From Alphaproteobacteria bacterium (GTDB lineage Bacteria > Pseudomonadota > Alphaproteobacteria > JANQMY01), in assembly GCA_028289425.1 (NCBI GenBank), contig JANQPL010000014.1, forward strand, positions 196,886-260,885: 64,000 bases of DNA, read 5' to 3'. The notes beneath the pieces were generated by a model. The model ran no database searches, had not been told where the DNA came from, and saw nothing but the letters and a program-made list of their open reading frames with translations. Every line of letters begins with the position of its first letter. Positions within the stretch are counted from its first letter, which is position 1. Shown here one piece after another: positions 39,694 to 50,507 of this stretch. Both the position numbers and the translations under genes were made by a program.

Positions 39694-41985
39694 ATGACGG
39701 AACTGACAGGCCTGCCGCATCACATTTGGGACATGAAATACCGCCTCAAGAACGCGGAGGGCACGCCCGTTGACGCCACCCTTCAGGATAGTTGGCGGCG
39801 CGTGGCCAAGGCCCTGGCGCAGGCGGAAAAACCGTCAGCGCGCGTGTTTTGGGAAGACGGGTTTTACCGGGCCCTGGACGGCTTCCGCTTCCTGCCGGCA
39901 GGACGCATCTTGGCGGGCGCCGGCACCGACCGGGACGTCACCCTTTTCAACTGTTTCGTCATGGGCACCATCCCCGACGATATGGGCGGCATTTTCCAAA
40001 GCCTGAAGGAAGCCGCCCTGACCCTGCAGCAGGGGGGTGGCATCGGCTATGACTTTTCCACCCTGCGCCCGAAAGGCGCGCTGGTGCGCGGCGTCGGCGC
40101 CGATGCGTCCGGCCCCATCTCCTTCATGGATGTGTGGGATGCCATGTGCCGCACCATCATGTCGGCAGGCTCGCGCCGCGGCGCCATGATGGCCACGTTG
40201 CGCTGTGACCACCCGGACATAGAAGCCTTCATTACCGCGAAGCGCGATGCGGACCGTTTGCGCATGTTCAATCTGTCGGTGTTGGTGACCGACGAATTCG
40301 TGAATGCGGTGAAGGCGGACGATCCATGGCCCCTCACCTTCGGCGACAAGACCTACCGCACGGTTCCCGCGCGCGCCCTGTGGGACAAGATCATGACGGC
40401 CACATATGACTATGCGGAGCCGGGCGTGATCTTCATTGACCGGATCAACCAAAAAAACAATCTCAATTACTGCGAGACGATTGCGGCGACTAATCCGTGC
40501 GGGGAGCAACCGCTGCCCCCCTATGGCGCCTGTCTGTTGGGGTCGATTAACTTGTCGCGGCTTATAAACGATCCGTTCGGCAAGAACGCGCGCCTGGACG
40601 ACGATGCGTTGGCCGCCTTGGTTCCCGTGGCCGTGCGTATGATGGACAATGCCATCGACGTTTCCAAATTTCCCTTGGAAGAACAAGCGCAAGAAGCGCA
40701 AGCCAAGCGCCGTATCGGATTGGGCGTCACAGGCCTTGCCGATGCGCTGATCATGTGCGGCGCGCGCTATGGCAGCCCACAATCGATCGCGCTGATCGAA
40801 CGCTGGATGAAGGCCCTGCGCGACCGCGCCTACCGCGCGTCCGCCGAATTGGCAGCGGAAAAAGGCGCTTTCCGGCTTTACGACAAGCAGGCCATCGCCA
40901 AATCTGACATGGTGAAAAGCCTGGATGCCGATCTGCAAGCATTGATCGCGAAAAACGGCCTGCGCAATGCGCTGCTCACCTCCATTGCGCCCACCGGCAC
41001 GATTTCTCTGTTGGCGGATAATACGTCGAGCGGCGTGGAACCTGTTTTTGATCTTGCCTACAAACGCAAAGTGCTTCAGCCCGACGGCTCGTCCCGCGAA
41101 GACGATGTGGAAGACTTTGCGGTGAAGCTCTATCGCGCACAAACCCGCCGCAAGACGACGCTGCCGAAAAGTTTCGTAACGGCTCAAGACCTAAGCCCGC
41201 AAGACCATGTGGCCGTTCAAGCCGCGGTCCAAAAATATGTGGACAGCTCGATCTCCAAAACCATCAACGTGCCCGAAGAAATTTCGTTCGACGATTTCAA
41301 ATCCGTCTACATGGACGCGTGGGACCATGGATTAAAAGGCTGCACCACTTATCGGCCCAATCCGGTGACGGGCGCCGTTTTGTCGACCACACCCGCACCG
41401 GCAAAGCCCGCCCCGGCGGCCACCGGTTTTGCCGAAAGCGATGTGGTCTACATGACCGAACCCCTCGACCGGCCGCCCGCATTGGAAGGCCACACTTACA
41501 AAGTGCGCTGGCCCGACAGTGACCATGCCATGTACATCACCCTCAACGATATTGAGAGCGACGGGCGAAGGCGGCCGTTCGAGATTTTCATAAATTCCAA
41601 GAATATGGAGCATTACGCTTGGACCCTGGCGCTCACCCGCATGATTTCCGCTGTGTTCCGCCGCGGCGGCGATGTGAGCTTCGTGGTCGAGGAACTTAAA
41701 GCCGTTTTCGACCCACGGGGCGGGCAATGGATGAACGGGGAATATGTACCGTCACTGCTCGCGGCCATCGGCAATGTGATCGAACAGCACATGGTCCGCA
41801 TCGGCTTCCTCAAAGAAGGCGATGCGCCCCTTGACCTGCCGGAACAGAAACGGGCGGCTGTTTTGCTGCCGCCGGAAGGGGCGGCCGGGCGTTACCGCCG
41901 CTGCCCCAAATGTTCCAACCCAACCCTGATTCGCCAAGAAGGGTGCGATACCTGCGCCAATTGCGGCTATTCCAAATGCTCCTAA
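39694..41985 (+). CDS. nrdJ: Adenosylcobalamin-dependent (class II) ribonucleotide reductase with C-terminal TSCPD domain and Zn ribbon
   Basis: FLPAGRI, LFNCFV, RRGAMM, ATNPCGEQPL, ACLLGSIN, IAPTGTIS, SISKTIN, CPKC...EGC..C..CGYSKC. Confidence 0.93.
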   Translation: MTELTGLPHHIWDMKYRLKNAEGTPVDATLQDSWRRVAKALAQAEKPSARVFWEDGFYRALDGFRFLPAGRILAGAGTDRDVTLFNCFVMGTIPDDMGGIFQSLKEAALTLQQGGGIGYDFSTLRPKGALVRGVGADASGPISFMDVWDAMCRTIMSAGSRRGAMMATLRCDHPDIEAFITAKRDADRLRMFNLSVLVTDEFVNAVKADDPWPLTFGDKTYRTVPARALWDKIMTATYDYAEPGVIFIDRINQKNNLNYCETIAATNPCGEQPLPPYGACLLGSINLSRLINDPFGKNARLDDDALAALVPVAVRMMDNAIDVSKFPLEEQAQEAQAKRRIGLGVTGLADALIMCGARYGSPQSIALIERWMKALRDRAYRASAELAAEKGAFRLYDKQAIAKSDMVKSLDADLQALIAKNGLRNALLTSIAPTGTISLLADNTSSGVEPVFDLAYKRKVLQPDGSSREDDVEDFAVKLYRAQTRRKTTLPKSFVTAQDLSPQDHVAVQAAVQKYVDSSISKTINVPEEISFDDFKSVYMDAWDHGLKGCTTYRPNPVTGAVLSTTPAPAKPAPAATGFAESDVVYMTEPLDRPPALEGHTYKVRWPDSDHAMYITLNDIESDGRRRPFEIFINSKNMEHYAWTLALTRMISAVFRRGGDVSFVVEELKAVFDPRGGQWMNGEYVPSLLAAIGNVIEQHMVRIGFLKEGDAPLDLPEQKRAAVLLPPEGAAGRYRRCPKCSNPTLIRQEGCDTCANCGYSKCS

Positions 41986-41997
41986 GCTAAACTGCCC

Positions 41998-43212
41998 ATG
42001 CCGCCCGCCCCCCTTGAGCTGTCGACCGAAGAGGCCCGCCGCACCCTGCTGAATTTGCAGGGGCTGGCGCGCAACCCAACGGAAAAGCTCTCGAAAGAAG
42101 CGCTCTACCAGCTCATCGAAGATATGGGCTATGTGCAATTGGACAGCATACGGACGGTCGAGCGGGCCCATCACCACATACTGTTTTCGCGCAATCAAAC
42201 CTATCGTCAGAAACAGCTCGACACGCTCTACGAAAACGGCCAGTGCTTGACCGAGCAGTGGACTCACGACGCGTCAATCATCCCGTCCAAATGGTTCCCC
42301 TATTGGAAGCACCGCTTCCCGGCCATCAAAAAGAAGTACCGGCAAAGCGCCTGGTGGCAGAAACGGGTCAAGAACCCCAAAAAAGCGCTCCAACTGGTCA
42401 CAGAGCGCATCGAGCAAGACGGCCCCGTGGGCGCGCGCGACTTCGAAACCGTCAAAGCCAACATCCGGGATACCTGGTGGGGGTGGAGCCCGCAAAAAGC
42501 GGCATTGGAATATCTCTGGCGCACCGGCGAGCTTGCCGTGGTGCGCCGCCACAACTTTCAGAAGATTTATGACCAGACCCACCGGGTATTGCACGAAGAC
42601 CACGCGGCTCCGGAAGTTTCCAGATCAGCATTCGTCGATTGGGCCTGCCGGTCCGCCCTTGAGCGCCTGGGTGTGGCAACACCGGGGGAAATCGCCCGCT
42701 TCTGGGATGCCTTAAGTCCGGCAGACGTTACCAAATGGCTCAACAAAGCCGGCGCCGACACCGCCGTGCCTGTGTCCATTCAGGGGAGAAACGGCAATGG
42801 TGCCCGCGCGGCGTTTGCCAGGCCCGATATTGAACAAGTCATCGACGCATTAGAAGCGCCGCCAAATCGTATTCGTCTAATTTCGCCCTTTGATCCGGTC
42901 ATCCGCGACCGCCAGCGCCTAGAGCGGCTTTTCGGTTTCGACTACCGCATCGAGATTTTCGTCCCCGAAAAGAAACGCAAATTCGGCTACTACGTGTTCC
43001 CCATTCTTGAGGGTGAGCGGTTCATCGGCCGCATCGACCTGAAAGCCTTCCGCAAAGAAAACCGGCTGGCGGTTCAAGGATTATGGCTAGAACCCAAAAT
43101 TAAGCTCACCAAGGGCCGCAAACAAAAGCTCGAGGCGGAACTAGACAGGGTGCGCCGGTTTGTGGGCCTTGATAGAATAGATCCGGGGATCACGGGAATC
43201 ATATCGTCTTAA
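41998..43212 (+). CDS. ycaQ: YcaQ/AlkZ-family (HTH_42) interstrand-crosslink DNA glycosylase
   Basis: VQLDSI (QxD, YcaQ-type), RAHHHILFSR, SPFDP, RIEIFVP..KR.FGYY..PIL, GRIDLK. Confidence 0.85.
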   Translation: MPPAPLELSTEEARRTLLNLQGLARNPTEKLSKEALYQLIEDMGYVQLDSIRTVERAHHHILFSRNQTYRQKQLDTLYENGQCLTEQWTHDASIIPSKWFPYWKHRFPAIKKKYRQSAWWQKRVKNPKKALQLVTERIEQDGPVGARDFETVKANIRDTWWGWSPQKAALEYLWRTGELAVVRRHNFQKIYDQTHRVLHEDHAAPEVSRSAFVDWACRSALERLGVATPGEIARFWDALSPADVTKWLNKAGADTAVPVSIQGRNGNGARAAFARPDIEQVIDALEAPPNRIRLISPFDPVIRDRQRLERLFGFDYRIEIFVPEKKRKFGYYVFPILEGERFIGRIDLKAFRKENRLAVQGLWLEPKIKLTKGRKQKLEAELDRVRRFVGLDRIDPGITGIISS

Positions 43213-43273
43213 CGGGACAACACGCTTCTTCGCCCATCCCGGCCAAGTCCGTCATCAGGGGAAATCTTCCATC

Positions 43274-44383
43274 ATGAGCCAATTGCGTTCGCCACTCATA
43301 TGGGTTCCGCTTGTGGTCCTTGTCGTGTTGATCGGCGGCTACACGATCTATTGGCACTCTCTCAAGCAGGACGTACTAGACGGTGTTGCTGAATGGGCGG
43401 ACGACCGGCGCGCTGATGGAATGATTGTGACATACGACCGCGCCGTCGTCACCGGATTCCCCCTGGATCTCAATCTCGACATTCACACGCTCACGATTGC
43501 GGATCCACAGCATCCCAATGAGTGGTCTTGGACGGGCGATCATGTGGACGTCGCCTTGAATCCGTTCCAATTGACCCGGGTGAATGCCCACTTTCTGGGC
43601 GATCACCAGTTCACCTATGTGGACCGTCAACAGACCGACAAATCGCTGCGCAACGAGATTCTCAGCGAAGCAGACAATGCGCGCCTCGCGCTCACCTTAG
43701 GTCGCAACAAGGTAAAACAGATCTACAGCGAAATTGATGGCTGGCGCGGCCAGTTTCGCGCAGCCGGGAGCGACCAGTTCTTACCCGTCACTGCGGAGAA
43801 ATACCGCATGCAGATTGAAACCACCCCGCAAGATACAAATGGTCCGCTCGTGACGGCGGAGGAGAATACGCTCGAAACCCAAACCATGTTGCTGCAACTG
43901 GAAACACTGACCTTGCCCGCCGGCACATTCCCGCCCCTTGGCGACGTGATCGGCCTTGTGGAAGCGAAAACGCAACTTCGCAACTTGCCCGCCGATTTTC
44001 AGCGTGCGGACGACCGAGACGACGCCCTGCGGCGCTGGGCGGAAAAGGACGGATCGTTCGACATCGAAGCGCTCCATATGCTGTGGGGAGATCTTGACCT
44101 TACCGCCGAGGGGGAGATCTCACTCGACCGCCGGTATCGGCCCCAAGGGGCCATCACCACATTGGCCGGCGGATACAATGATGTGATCGACGGCTTGACG
44201 GAACAAGGCCAGTTGGACGAGACGTTGGCCAGCATCATCAAATCAGCCCTCAATCTCATCGCGCTGACAGGTAAGGATGAGAAAGGCCGTCTACACATCC
44301 CCCTCGATATGCGCGGCGGCATGCTTTATCTGGGCCCCATTAAGCTGACCGACCTGCCGCCGCTGGTGTCCGAAGAAGACTGA
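43274..44383 (+). CDS. DUF2125-like membrane-anchored beta-rich protein
   Basis: N-terminal TM ending YW, GFP motif, C-terminal G.LYLGPI; converges on tyrC as in other alphaproteobacteria. Confidence 0.75.
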   Translation: MSQLRSPLIWVPLVVLVVLIGGYTIYWHSLKQDVLDGVAEWADDRRADGMIVTYDRAVVTGFPLDLNLDIHTLTIADPQHPNEWSWTGDHVDVALNPFQLTRVNAHFLGDHQFTYVDRQQTDKSLRNEILSEADNARLALTLGRNKVKQIYSEIDGWRGQFRAAGSDQFLPVTAEKYRMQIETTPQDTNGPLVTAEENTLETQTMLLQLETLTLPAGTFPPLGDVIGLVEAKTQLRNLPADFQRADDRDDALRRWAEKDGSFDIEALHMLWGDLDLTAEGEISLDRRYRPQGAITTLAGGYNDVIDGLTEQGQLDETLASIIKSALNLIALTGKDEKGRLHIPLDMRGGMLYLGPIKLTDLPPLVSEED

Positions 44384-44433
44384 CGATCCATCCCGAGCAC
44401 GGCAAAGAGAAACTCCGAAACGTGGTCAGCGTC

Positions 44434-44557
44434 GCGGCAGTGGATGACCCGGATGCCCGTCTTGCAGACGGCTTACCGTGTCATGACGAATGGGGTTCTT
44501 GTCCCCGTGCGTCATCACCCGGCGAGCGTAAGCGAGTCCGGGTGATCCAGGGCAGCT
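44434..44557. repeat. Composite palindromic repeat, second copy (inverted relative to 34365-34526)
   Basis: Reverse complement shares AGCTGCCCTGGATCACCCGGAC...CCGGGTGATGACGCA and TTCGTCATxACACGGTAAGC...GCATCCGGGTxATCCA with copy 1. Confidence 0.8.
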
Positions 44558-44563
44558 TAAACA

Positions 44564-45517
44564 CTATTCTTCCGGGGATTTTGGACCGCGTCGGCCGAAA
44601 TCGGGCACCGGGGTCTCCTGGCCCGCATCGATAATGTTGCGCCGAATGTCGCGCGTGCGCGAGAACAGATCGAACAACATTTCTCCGTCGCCCCATCTGA
44701 TGGCCCGCTGCAAAGCGGCCAAGTCTTCGGAAAACCGTCCCAACACTTCCAGCACGGCATCCTTGTTGTTGAGAAACACATCCCGCCACATGGTGGGGTC
44801 GGACGCGGCGATACGCGTGAAGTCGCGAAAACCGCCAGCGCTGTATTTGACCACTTCGCTTTCGGTGACCGTCTCCAAATCGGACGCGGTGCCCACAATA
44901 TTGTACGCAATCAAGTGAGGAATGTGGCTGGTGACCGCCAGCACCAAATCGTGGTGCTTAGCATCCATTACATCCACCCGCGCGCCACACTGTTCCCAAA
45001 AATGGACAAGCTTCGACAACGCATCGGCGTCCGTCTTAGCGTCGGGCGTGAGAATGCACCAGCGATCGTCGAACAATTCGGCAAATCCCGCTTCCGGCCC
45101 CGACACTTCCGAACCGGCGATAGGGTGTCCCGGAATAAAATGCACACCGTCCGGCAAATGGGGCGCCACGTCGTCGATGACCGCGGTCTTAACGGAACCC
45201 ACATCGGTCACGATCGCGCCGGCATCCAACGCCGGACCGATGGCTTTGGCGATCGCTCCAAAAGTGCCGACCGGTGAACACAAGATCACCAGGTCCGCTC
45301 CCTTTGCTGCTGCGGCCGGGTCGCTTTCAATTGCATCGACCAGCCCCAGGCGCAAGGATGTATCTTGGGTTTCCTTAGATCGCGCAGCGCCAGAAATCAT
45401 CCCCGCCAAGCCGCGCCGCCTTATGGCAAGGCTCAGGGAAGAGCCGATCAGCCCGATGCCGATCAGCGCAATCTTGTCGAACAGCGGTTTGGCGCTGTCA
45501 GCGTCAGCCTTTGCCAT
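44564..45517 (-). CDS. tyrC: Prephenate/arogenate (cyclohexadienyl) dehydrogenase
   Basis: [25 protein letters not shown]...[17 protein letters not shown]. Confidence 0.92.
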   Translation of the reverse strand: MAKADADSAKPLFDKIALIGIGLIGSSLSLAIRRRGLAGMISGAARSKETQDTSLRLGLVDAIESDPAAAAKGADLVILCSPVGTFGAIAKAIGPALDAGAIVTDVGSVKTAVIDDVAPHLPDGVHFIPGHPIAGSEVSGPEAGFAELFDDRWCILTPDAKTDADALSKLVHFWEQCGARVDVMDAKHHDLVLAVTSHIPHLIAYNIVGTASDLETVTESEVVKYSAGGFRDFTRIAASDPTMWRDVFLNNKDAVLEVLGRFSEDLAALQRAIRWGDGEMLFDLFSRTRDIRRNIIDAGQETPVPDFGRRGPKSPEE

Positions 45518-46607
45518 CTTCTTGGCCCAGGAAATTTTTGAGGCAGTCGATCACGCCGCGATTGTGTTCCACCAAACCTACGGTCATGCGCAGAGCATTC
45601 GGCAAACCGTAATTGGTGACATCGCGCAGCACATATCCGTTGTTACTCAGATACACATTGGCGTCCGCGGCGGTCTTGCCCGGCGTTTCCGGAAAGCCGA
45701 TCAGCACAAAATTGCCGACACTTTGTGTGGTCTCAAGACCCAGTGCCCCCAACTCGGCGCGCAACCAGCTCAGCCAGATATCGTTGTGGTCGATGGCCTT
45801 CTGCGTGAATGTGTGATCTTGCAGCGCCTCGATACCGGCCAATTGCGCCGGCTGCGACGTATTAAAAGGGCCTCGTATGCGATTGAGCACATCGGCCACC
45901 GAACTGGGGCAATACCCCCACCCTAAGCGCAATGCCGCAAGGCCGTGCACCTTCGAAAATGTCCGTGTCATGATGACATTGTCGTGGGATTCGACCAAGT
46001 CGATACCTGTTTCGTAATCATTGCGGCGCACATATTCCGCGTAGGCTGCATCGATCACCAACAGCGTTTCTTCAGGCAGCTCTTTTCGAAGCCGGCGCAC
46101 TTCGTCGGACGGCACATAGGTGCCTGTCGGGTTGTTGGGGTTGGCCAAAAAAACGATCTTGGTTTTGTCGTTGGCAAGACCCAGAATGGCATCTACGTCG
46201 GCGGTAAGGTTCTTCTCCGGCGCGACGCGCGGCACAGCGCAGGCCGCCTTGGTGACGATCGGGTACACCAAGAAAGCATGCTCGCTGTAGATGACCTCGT
46301 CGCCCGGATTCAAATAAGCCTGTGCAAGCAGGTGAAGGATCTCGTCCGACCCGTTGCCGCAAACTATGCGATCCGCATCCAAACCATATTGGCCGGCAAT
46401 CGCTTCCCTCAACGCGGCCGCACTTCCCTCCGGATACAGATGCAGCTCGCCGGAGGCCTTCAGATAAGCCTCGATCGCATTGGGGCTGGGTCCGAACGGC
46501 GTCTCATTCGACGACAGTTTGATGGCCTTCTGCCCGCCGAGAGCCTTGGTCGCGCCGGGAACATAGGGCTCTATCAGGTTAATTCCTGGCCGCGGCATTG
46601 CTGACAT
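45504..46607 (-). CDS. hisC: Histidinol-phosphate aminotransferase
   Basis: [37 protein letters not shown]. Confidence 0.95.
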   Translation of the reverse strand: MSAMPRPGINLIEPYVPGATKALGGQKAIKLSSNETPFGPSPNAIEAYLKASGELHLYPEGSAAALREAIAGQYGLDADRIVCGNGSDEILHLLAQAYLNPGDEVIYSEHAFLVYPIVTKAACAVPRVAPEKNLTADVDAILGLANDKTKIVFLANPNNPTGTYVPSDEVRRLRKELPEETLLVIDAAYAEYVRRNDYETGIDLVESHDNVIMTRTFSKVHGLAALRLGWGYCPSSVADVLNRIRGPFNTSQPAQLAGIEALQDHTFTQKAIDHNDIWLSWLRAELGALGLETTQSVGNFVLIGFPETPGKTAADANVYLSNNGYVLRDVTNYGLPNALRMTVGLVEHNRGVIDCLKNFLGQEDGKG

Positions 46608-46856
46608 GATGCTCAACCTTTCACAGGGAATATGCGGATTTGGCCCAAATCGGCGTCCAAACGCCCGGTTGGGGACTGGTGATCCGCAGCCCGCTCATAT
46701 ACGACTTTGGCCGCATGAAAGCAAAATTTGTCGGCCCATTGCCACCACAAAAGTGTTAAATAGCGGACCGGCCAAACACGACCGCGCCTTGAAGCGACGT
46801 TAACTTTTGACGGGCCCATTGGCGACCGTGGAAGCGAACCCCATATCGGCACAGAG

Positions 46857-48047
46857 ATGACGGACATTTCGCAAACAGATATCAGGACGTCGACAGACGA
46901 GTCCGCCGGTGTGCAGGCCACGGGACATGTGGTCACGTTCTCCGAAGATCAGCCCTTGAAGCTTGATTGCGGCGTGTCGATTGCGCCGGTGACGATTGCT
47001 TATCAAACCTATGGCCGGATGAATGCCGACAAATCCAACATCATCCTCATCTGCCATGCTCTTACCGGTGATCAGCATGCGGCAAGTTCCCACCCGGTCA
47101 CCGGAAAGCCCGGTTGGTGGAACTATATGGTCGGACCGGGCAAGCCCATCGATACCGATCGGTACTATCTGATCTGCGCCAATGTGCTGGGCGGTTGCAT
47201 GGGTACGACGGGACCCGCCGATCTGGACCCCAAGACAGGCAAACCTTACGGCTTGACGTTTCCCGTCATTACCATTGGCGACATGGTGCGGGCCCAGGCC
47301 ATGTTGCTTGACCATCTGGAAATCGAAGATCTTTTTTGCGTCCTTGGCGGGTCCATGGGCGGCATGCAGGTGCTGCAATGGGCGGCCGCTTATCCGGACC
47401 GGGTGTTTTCGGCCGTGCCCATCGCGACGGCGGCAAAGCATTCTGCTCAGAACATCGCCTTTCACGAGGTGGGCCGGCAGGCCATCATGGCCGACCCGAC
47501 CTGGCACGGGGGCGACTATTACAGTCATGAGGAAACGCCGCGAAAAGGCCTGGCGGTCGCCCGCATGGCGGCGCACATCACCTATCTTTCGGAAGCGGCG
47601 CTTCATCGAAAATTCGGCCGAAACCTGCAAGACCGCGAGTCGATCACTTATGGGTTTGACGCCGATTTTCAGATCGAAAGCTATCTGCGTCACCAAGGGT
47701 TCACGTTTGTCGACCGGTTTGACGCCAACAGTTATCTCTACATCACCCGGGCGATGGACTATTTCGATTTAGCGGCGGACTATGGCGGCGTTCTTGCAAA
47801 TGCCTTCAAAGGATCGTCCACTCGATTTTGCGTGGTGTCGTTCACCAGCGACTGGCTGTTCCCCACCTCGGAAAACCGCACCATCGTTCTGGCGCTCAAT
47901 TCGGTGGCCGCCAATGTAAGTTTCGTTGAGATCGAAACCGACAAGGGCCATGACGCCTTTTTGCTCGACGAGCCGGAATTTCACAGCGTGCTGTCCGGGT
48001 TCCTCGACGGCGCGGCTATCCATCGCGGATTGCCGCCGAAGAGTTGA
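46857..48047 (+). CDS. metX: Homoserine O-acetyltransferase
   Basis: [32 protein letters not shown]. Confidence 0.95.
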   Translation: MTDISQTDIRTSTDESAGVQATGHVVTFSEDQPLKLDCGVSIAPVTIAYQTYGRMNADKSNIILICHALTGDQHAASSHPVTGKPGWWNYMVGPGKPIDTDRYYLICANVLGGCMGTTGPADLDPKTGKPYGLTFPVITIGDMVRAQAMLLDHLEIEDLFCVLGGSMGGMQVLQWAAAYPDRVFSAVPIATAAKHSAQNIAFHEVGRQAIMADPTWHGGDYYSHEETPRKGLAVARMAAHITYLSEAALHRKFGRNLQDRESITYGFDADFQIESYLRHQGFTFVDRFDANSYLYITRAMDYFDLAADYGGVLANAFKGSSTRFCVVSFTSDWLFPTSENRTIVLALNSVAANVSFVEIETDKGHDAFLLDEPEFHSVLSGFLDGAAIHRGLPPKS

Positions 48048-48051
48048 CCCC

Positions 48052-48690
48052 ATGAACCGGATGGCCACCACATTCCCGAAGCTGCGCCCGGATCTTCAGC
48101 TCATCGCCGATATGATCGCCGACGATGCCCGTGTGCTGGACGTGGGGTGCGGCGACGGCAGCCTTCTCGAATATCTCATGTTGGCAAAGCGGGTCGATGC
48201 CCGCGGCGTAGAACTCAGCCAAGCTGGGGTGAACGCCTGCGTGGCGCGAGGGCTGTCGGTCATTCAAGGAGACGCGGACAAAGATCTGCAAGACTATCCG
48301 TCCGACGCCTTCGACTATGTGATCCTCAGCCAAACCATCCAGGCCACGGTCAGTCCGAAGGATGTGATGGAAGAGATGACGCGCATCGGCAAAAATGTCA
48401 TCGTTTCTCTGCCCAACTTTGGACATTGGCGGGTGCGCTGGCAATTGGCCCTATCCGGGCGCATGCCGGTGACAAAATCGCTGGACGACCCGTGGTATTC
48501 GACGCCCAACATTCACCTATGCAGCATCAAGGATTTCATCAATCTGGTGCACAATATTGGCGGCGTGGTCGAACGGGCGGTGGCGGTGAATAGCAAGGGG
48601 CGCGCCCGCGACTTTATCGGCGGTGACAGTTTCGCTAATCTGTATGCGGAAGAAGCGGTTTTTCTCATCACCCGCCGCGTGGCGGGTTAG
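48052..48690 (+). CDS. metW: Methionine biosynthesis protein MetW
   Basis: LDVGCGDG, ILSQTIQ, PNFGHW, GRMP, WYSTPNIH; follows metX. Confidence 0.93.
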   Translation: MNRMATTFPKLRPDLQLIADMIADDARVLDVGCGDGSLLEYLMLAKRVDARGVELSQAGVNACVARGLSVIQGDADKDLQDYPSDAFDYVILSQTIQATVSPKDVMEEMTRIGKNVIVSLPNFGHWRVRWQLALSGRMPVTKSLDDPWYSTPNIHLCSIKDFINLVHNIGGVVERAVAVNSKGRARDFIGGDSFANLYAEEAVFLITRRVAG

Positions 48691-48714
48691 GGTTTGTTGA
48701 TTTGGGCTTATCCA

Positions 48715-49470
48715 TCAATCTTCCAACTTTTCCCGCGATGATTTCTCGTTGGCGGCGGGCACATAAGTCGCGGGCACGGGACGCAAGATTCGCCGGCGCT
48801 GGCGCACAGGTGTCGCAGCATAAATTCTCTTCGTTGCTTCTACCAAGATGATGCCGCCGAAACCCGGCCATAACCATCGGCCGGTGTTTTCCCAGGCCGG
48901 CGCCGACCGCAGCATAAAGCGCCACGAAAAGGGCGGCATGAACATGGTGAGCAGTGGGTTGCCCGGTGCGAACATGCAATCGCTCAACAGACGGTTCAGC
49001 TGGCCGCGCGAATAGGGGCGCCCGTGTCCAAACGGCGTGCGTTCCGTCGACGCCCATAATCCCCGCCGATAGGGCACCGCCACCAGAAGCCGGCCTTCGG
49101 GGCTGAGCACGCGCCAAATCTCCCGAAGCATGGGGCGCACCACTTCGCTGTTTTCGAGGCCGTGCACCAGGACCACTTTGTCGACGGTTGAATCCGAAAA
49201 GGGCAGCGCCGTTTCTTCGGTGAGGCCCACCAAGCCATTACCCTCTTCCGGCCAGCGCGTGACGCCCTGGGCTGCGGGCATCATGGCGATGACCCGGTCG
49301 GCTTCTTGACGAAAAGGCGTCAGATAGGGCGTGGCATAGCCCAAGCCCAAAATCGTTTGGCCTTGAACCGATGCCCAAATTTCCCGGATTTGACGGCGCA
49401 GGGTGCGGCGCGCAATGCGGCCCAATTGGCTCACATAGAAATTCCGAAGATCGACCACATCAAGATGCAT
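48715..49470 (-). CDS. Class I SAM-dependent methyltransferase (YafS-like)
   Basis: LGLGYATPY, LPF, HGLE, WRVLSPEG, TPFGHGRPY; divergent from gloB. Confidence 0.85.
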   Translation of the reverse strand: MHLDVVDLRNFYVSQLGRIARRTLRRQIREIWASVQGQTILGLGYATPYLTPFRQEADRVIAMMPAAQGVTRWPEEGNGLVGLTEETALPFSDSTVDKVVLVHGLENSEVVRPMLREIWRVLSPEGRLLVAVPYRRGLWASTERTPFGHGRPYSRGQLNRLLSDCMFAPGNPLLTMFMPPFSWRFMLRSAPAWENTGRWLWPGFGGIILVEATKRIYAATPVRQRRRILRPVPATYVPAANEKSSREKLED

Positions 49471-49575
49471 GCATCGTTACCTTTGTGCCGTTGGGGTGGG
49501 GTTTTAAGGAACCCATTACAATGTTAATTTCCGGCGTTTTTATGAACAATGTGCGCGCTTTTGAGGATTCGTTCG

Positions 49576-50346
49576 ATGCCTAAGCTTGAGATCCACCAGT
49601 TTCCGTGCCTGAGCGACAATTATGGATTTCTGATCCATGATCCTGAACAACAGGTTACCGCAACCATCGATACACCGGAAGTCGCGGCCATTGAGGCGGC
49701 GCTCAGCGAAAAAGGATGGGCGCTCACGCATATCCTCAATACGCACCATCACTTCGATCACGCGGGCGGCAATCTGGAACTGAAGGAAAAGACCGGGTGC
49801 CACATTGTCGGGCCGCGGGCGGAATCGGCCAGGATCCCCGGTATCGATACCCAAGTGGGAGACGGGGACCAGGTGAGCTTCGGACAATTTACGGCGAAGG
49901 TTTTCGACGTACCCGGACACACATCGGGGCATATCGCCTATTGGTTCGAAAGCGAAGGTGTTGCGTTTGTGGGCGATACGCTGTTCGCACTTGGCTGTGG
50001 GCGGTTGTTCGAAGGCACGGCCCAACAAATGTGGACCTCTTTACAAAAGCTGATGGCGCTGCCCGACGACACCACCGTCTATTGCGCACATGAATATACG
50101 CAAGCCAATGCCAAATTCGCACTGACGGTGGAGCCGGGCAATGACGCGCTGGTGGCCCGGTCGGAAGAGATCGATCGCTTGCGCGCACAGGGAACGCCGA
50201 CGGTTCCAACCACGATGGGATTGGAAAAAGCAACCAACCCCTTCCTGCGCCCCATGAGCCAAAACCTACAGGAAACAGTGGGCTTGGTCGGTCGCGATTT
50301 GGTTGATGTGTTTGCCGAAACGCGCCGGCGGAAGGACAATTTTTGA
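49576..50346 (+). CDS. gloB: Hydroxyacylglutathione hydrolase (glyoxalase II)
   Basis: DNY, THHHFDHAGG, PGHT, GDTLF..GCGR.FEG, CAHEYT, NPFLR. Confidence 0.95.
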   Translation: MPKLEIHQFPCLSDNYGFLIHDPEQQVTATIDTPEVAAIEAALSEKGWALTHILNTHHHFDHAGGNLELKEKTGCHIVGPRAESARIPGIDTQVGDGDQVSFGQFTAKVFDVPGHTSGHIAYWFESEGVAFVGDTLFALGCGRLFEGTAQQMWTSLQKLMALPDDTTVYCAHEYTQANAKFALTVEPGNDALVARSEEIDRLRAQGTPTVPTTMGLEKATNPFLRPMSQNLQETVGLVGRDLVDVFAETRRRKDNF

Positions 50347-50410
50347 TCCAAACCACTGACACCACGGTAAAACATAATTCTAGAATTCTACCCGGTCAGG
50401 ATTTCCCAAA

Positions 50411-50430
50411 GTTGTTCTTCTTGGAACAAC
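50411..50430. promoter_or_regulatory. Palindromic operator, Clr-like (TGTT-N8-AACA)
   Basis: GTTGTTC-TTCTTG-GAACAAC, about 80 bp upstream of the SPOR lipoprotein start. Confidence 0.45.
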
Positions 50431-50507
50431 CCTCTAAAATTGCAAATGAGATAATTCGCACTTAGAGTTTACTCCGTTTGGCACAAACGCTGGACGGGGG
50501 AGGCGAC

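Noticed and set aside
39835-41187. 450-aa minus-strand ORF and similar long antisense ORFs over mcd, hbd, tyrC and the PDE
   Set aside because: Shadow frames typical of high-GC genes; no motifs or RBS.
46620-46856. SAM-II/SAM-SAH riboswitch or chorismate mutase remnant between hisC and metX
   Set aside because: I could not find the GTGxTGATTT...GCTAAA pseudoknot signature or a recognisable coding remnant; needs an Rfam scan.
50441-50495. Fur-like half site (ATTCGCA) and TTGGCAC sigma54-like start before the SPOR lipoprotein
   Set aside because: The Fur palindrome spacing is off by one and the -12 GC is missing.
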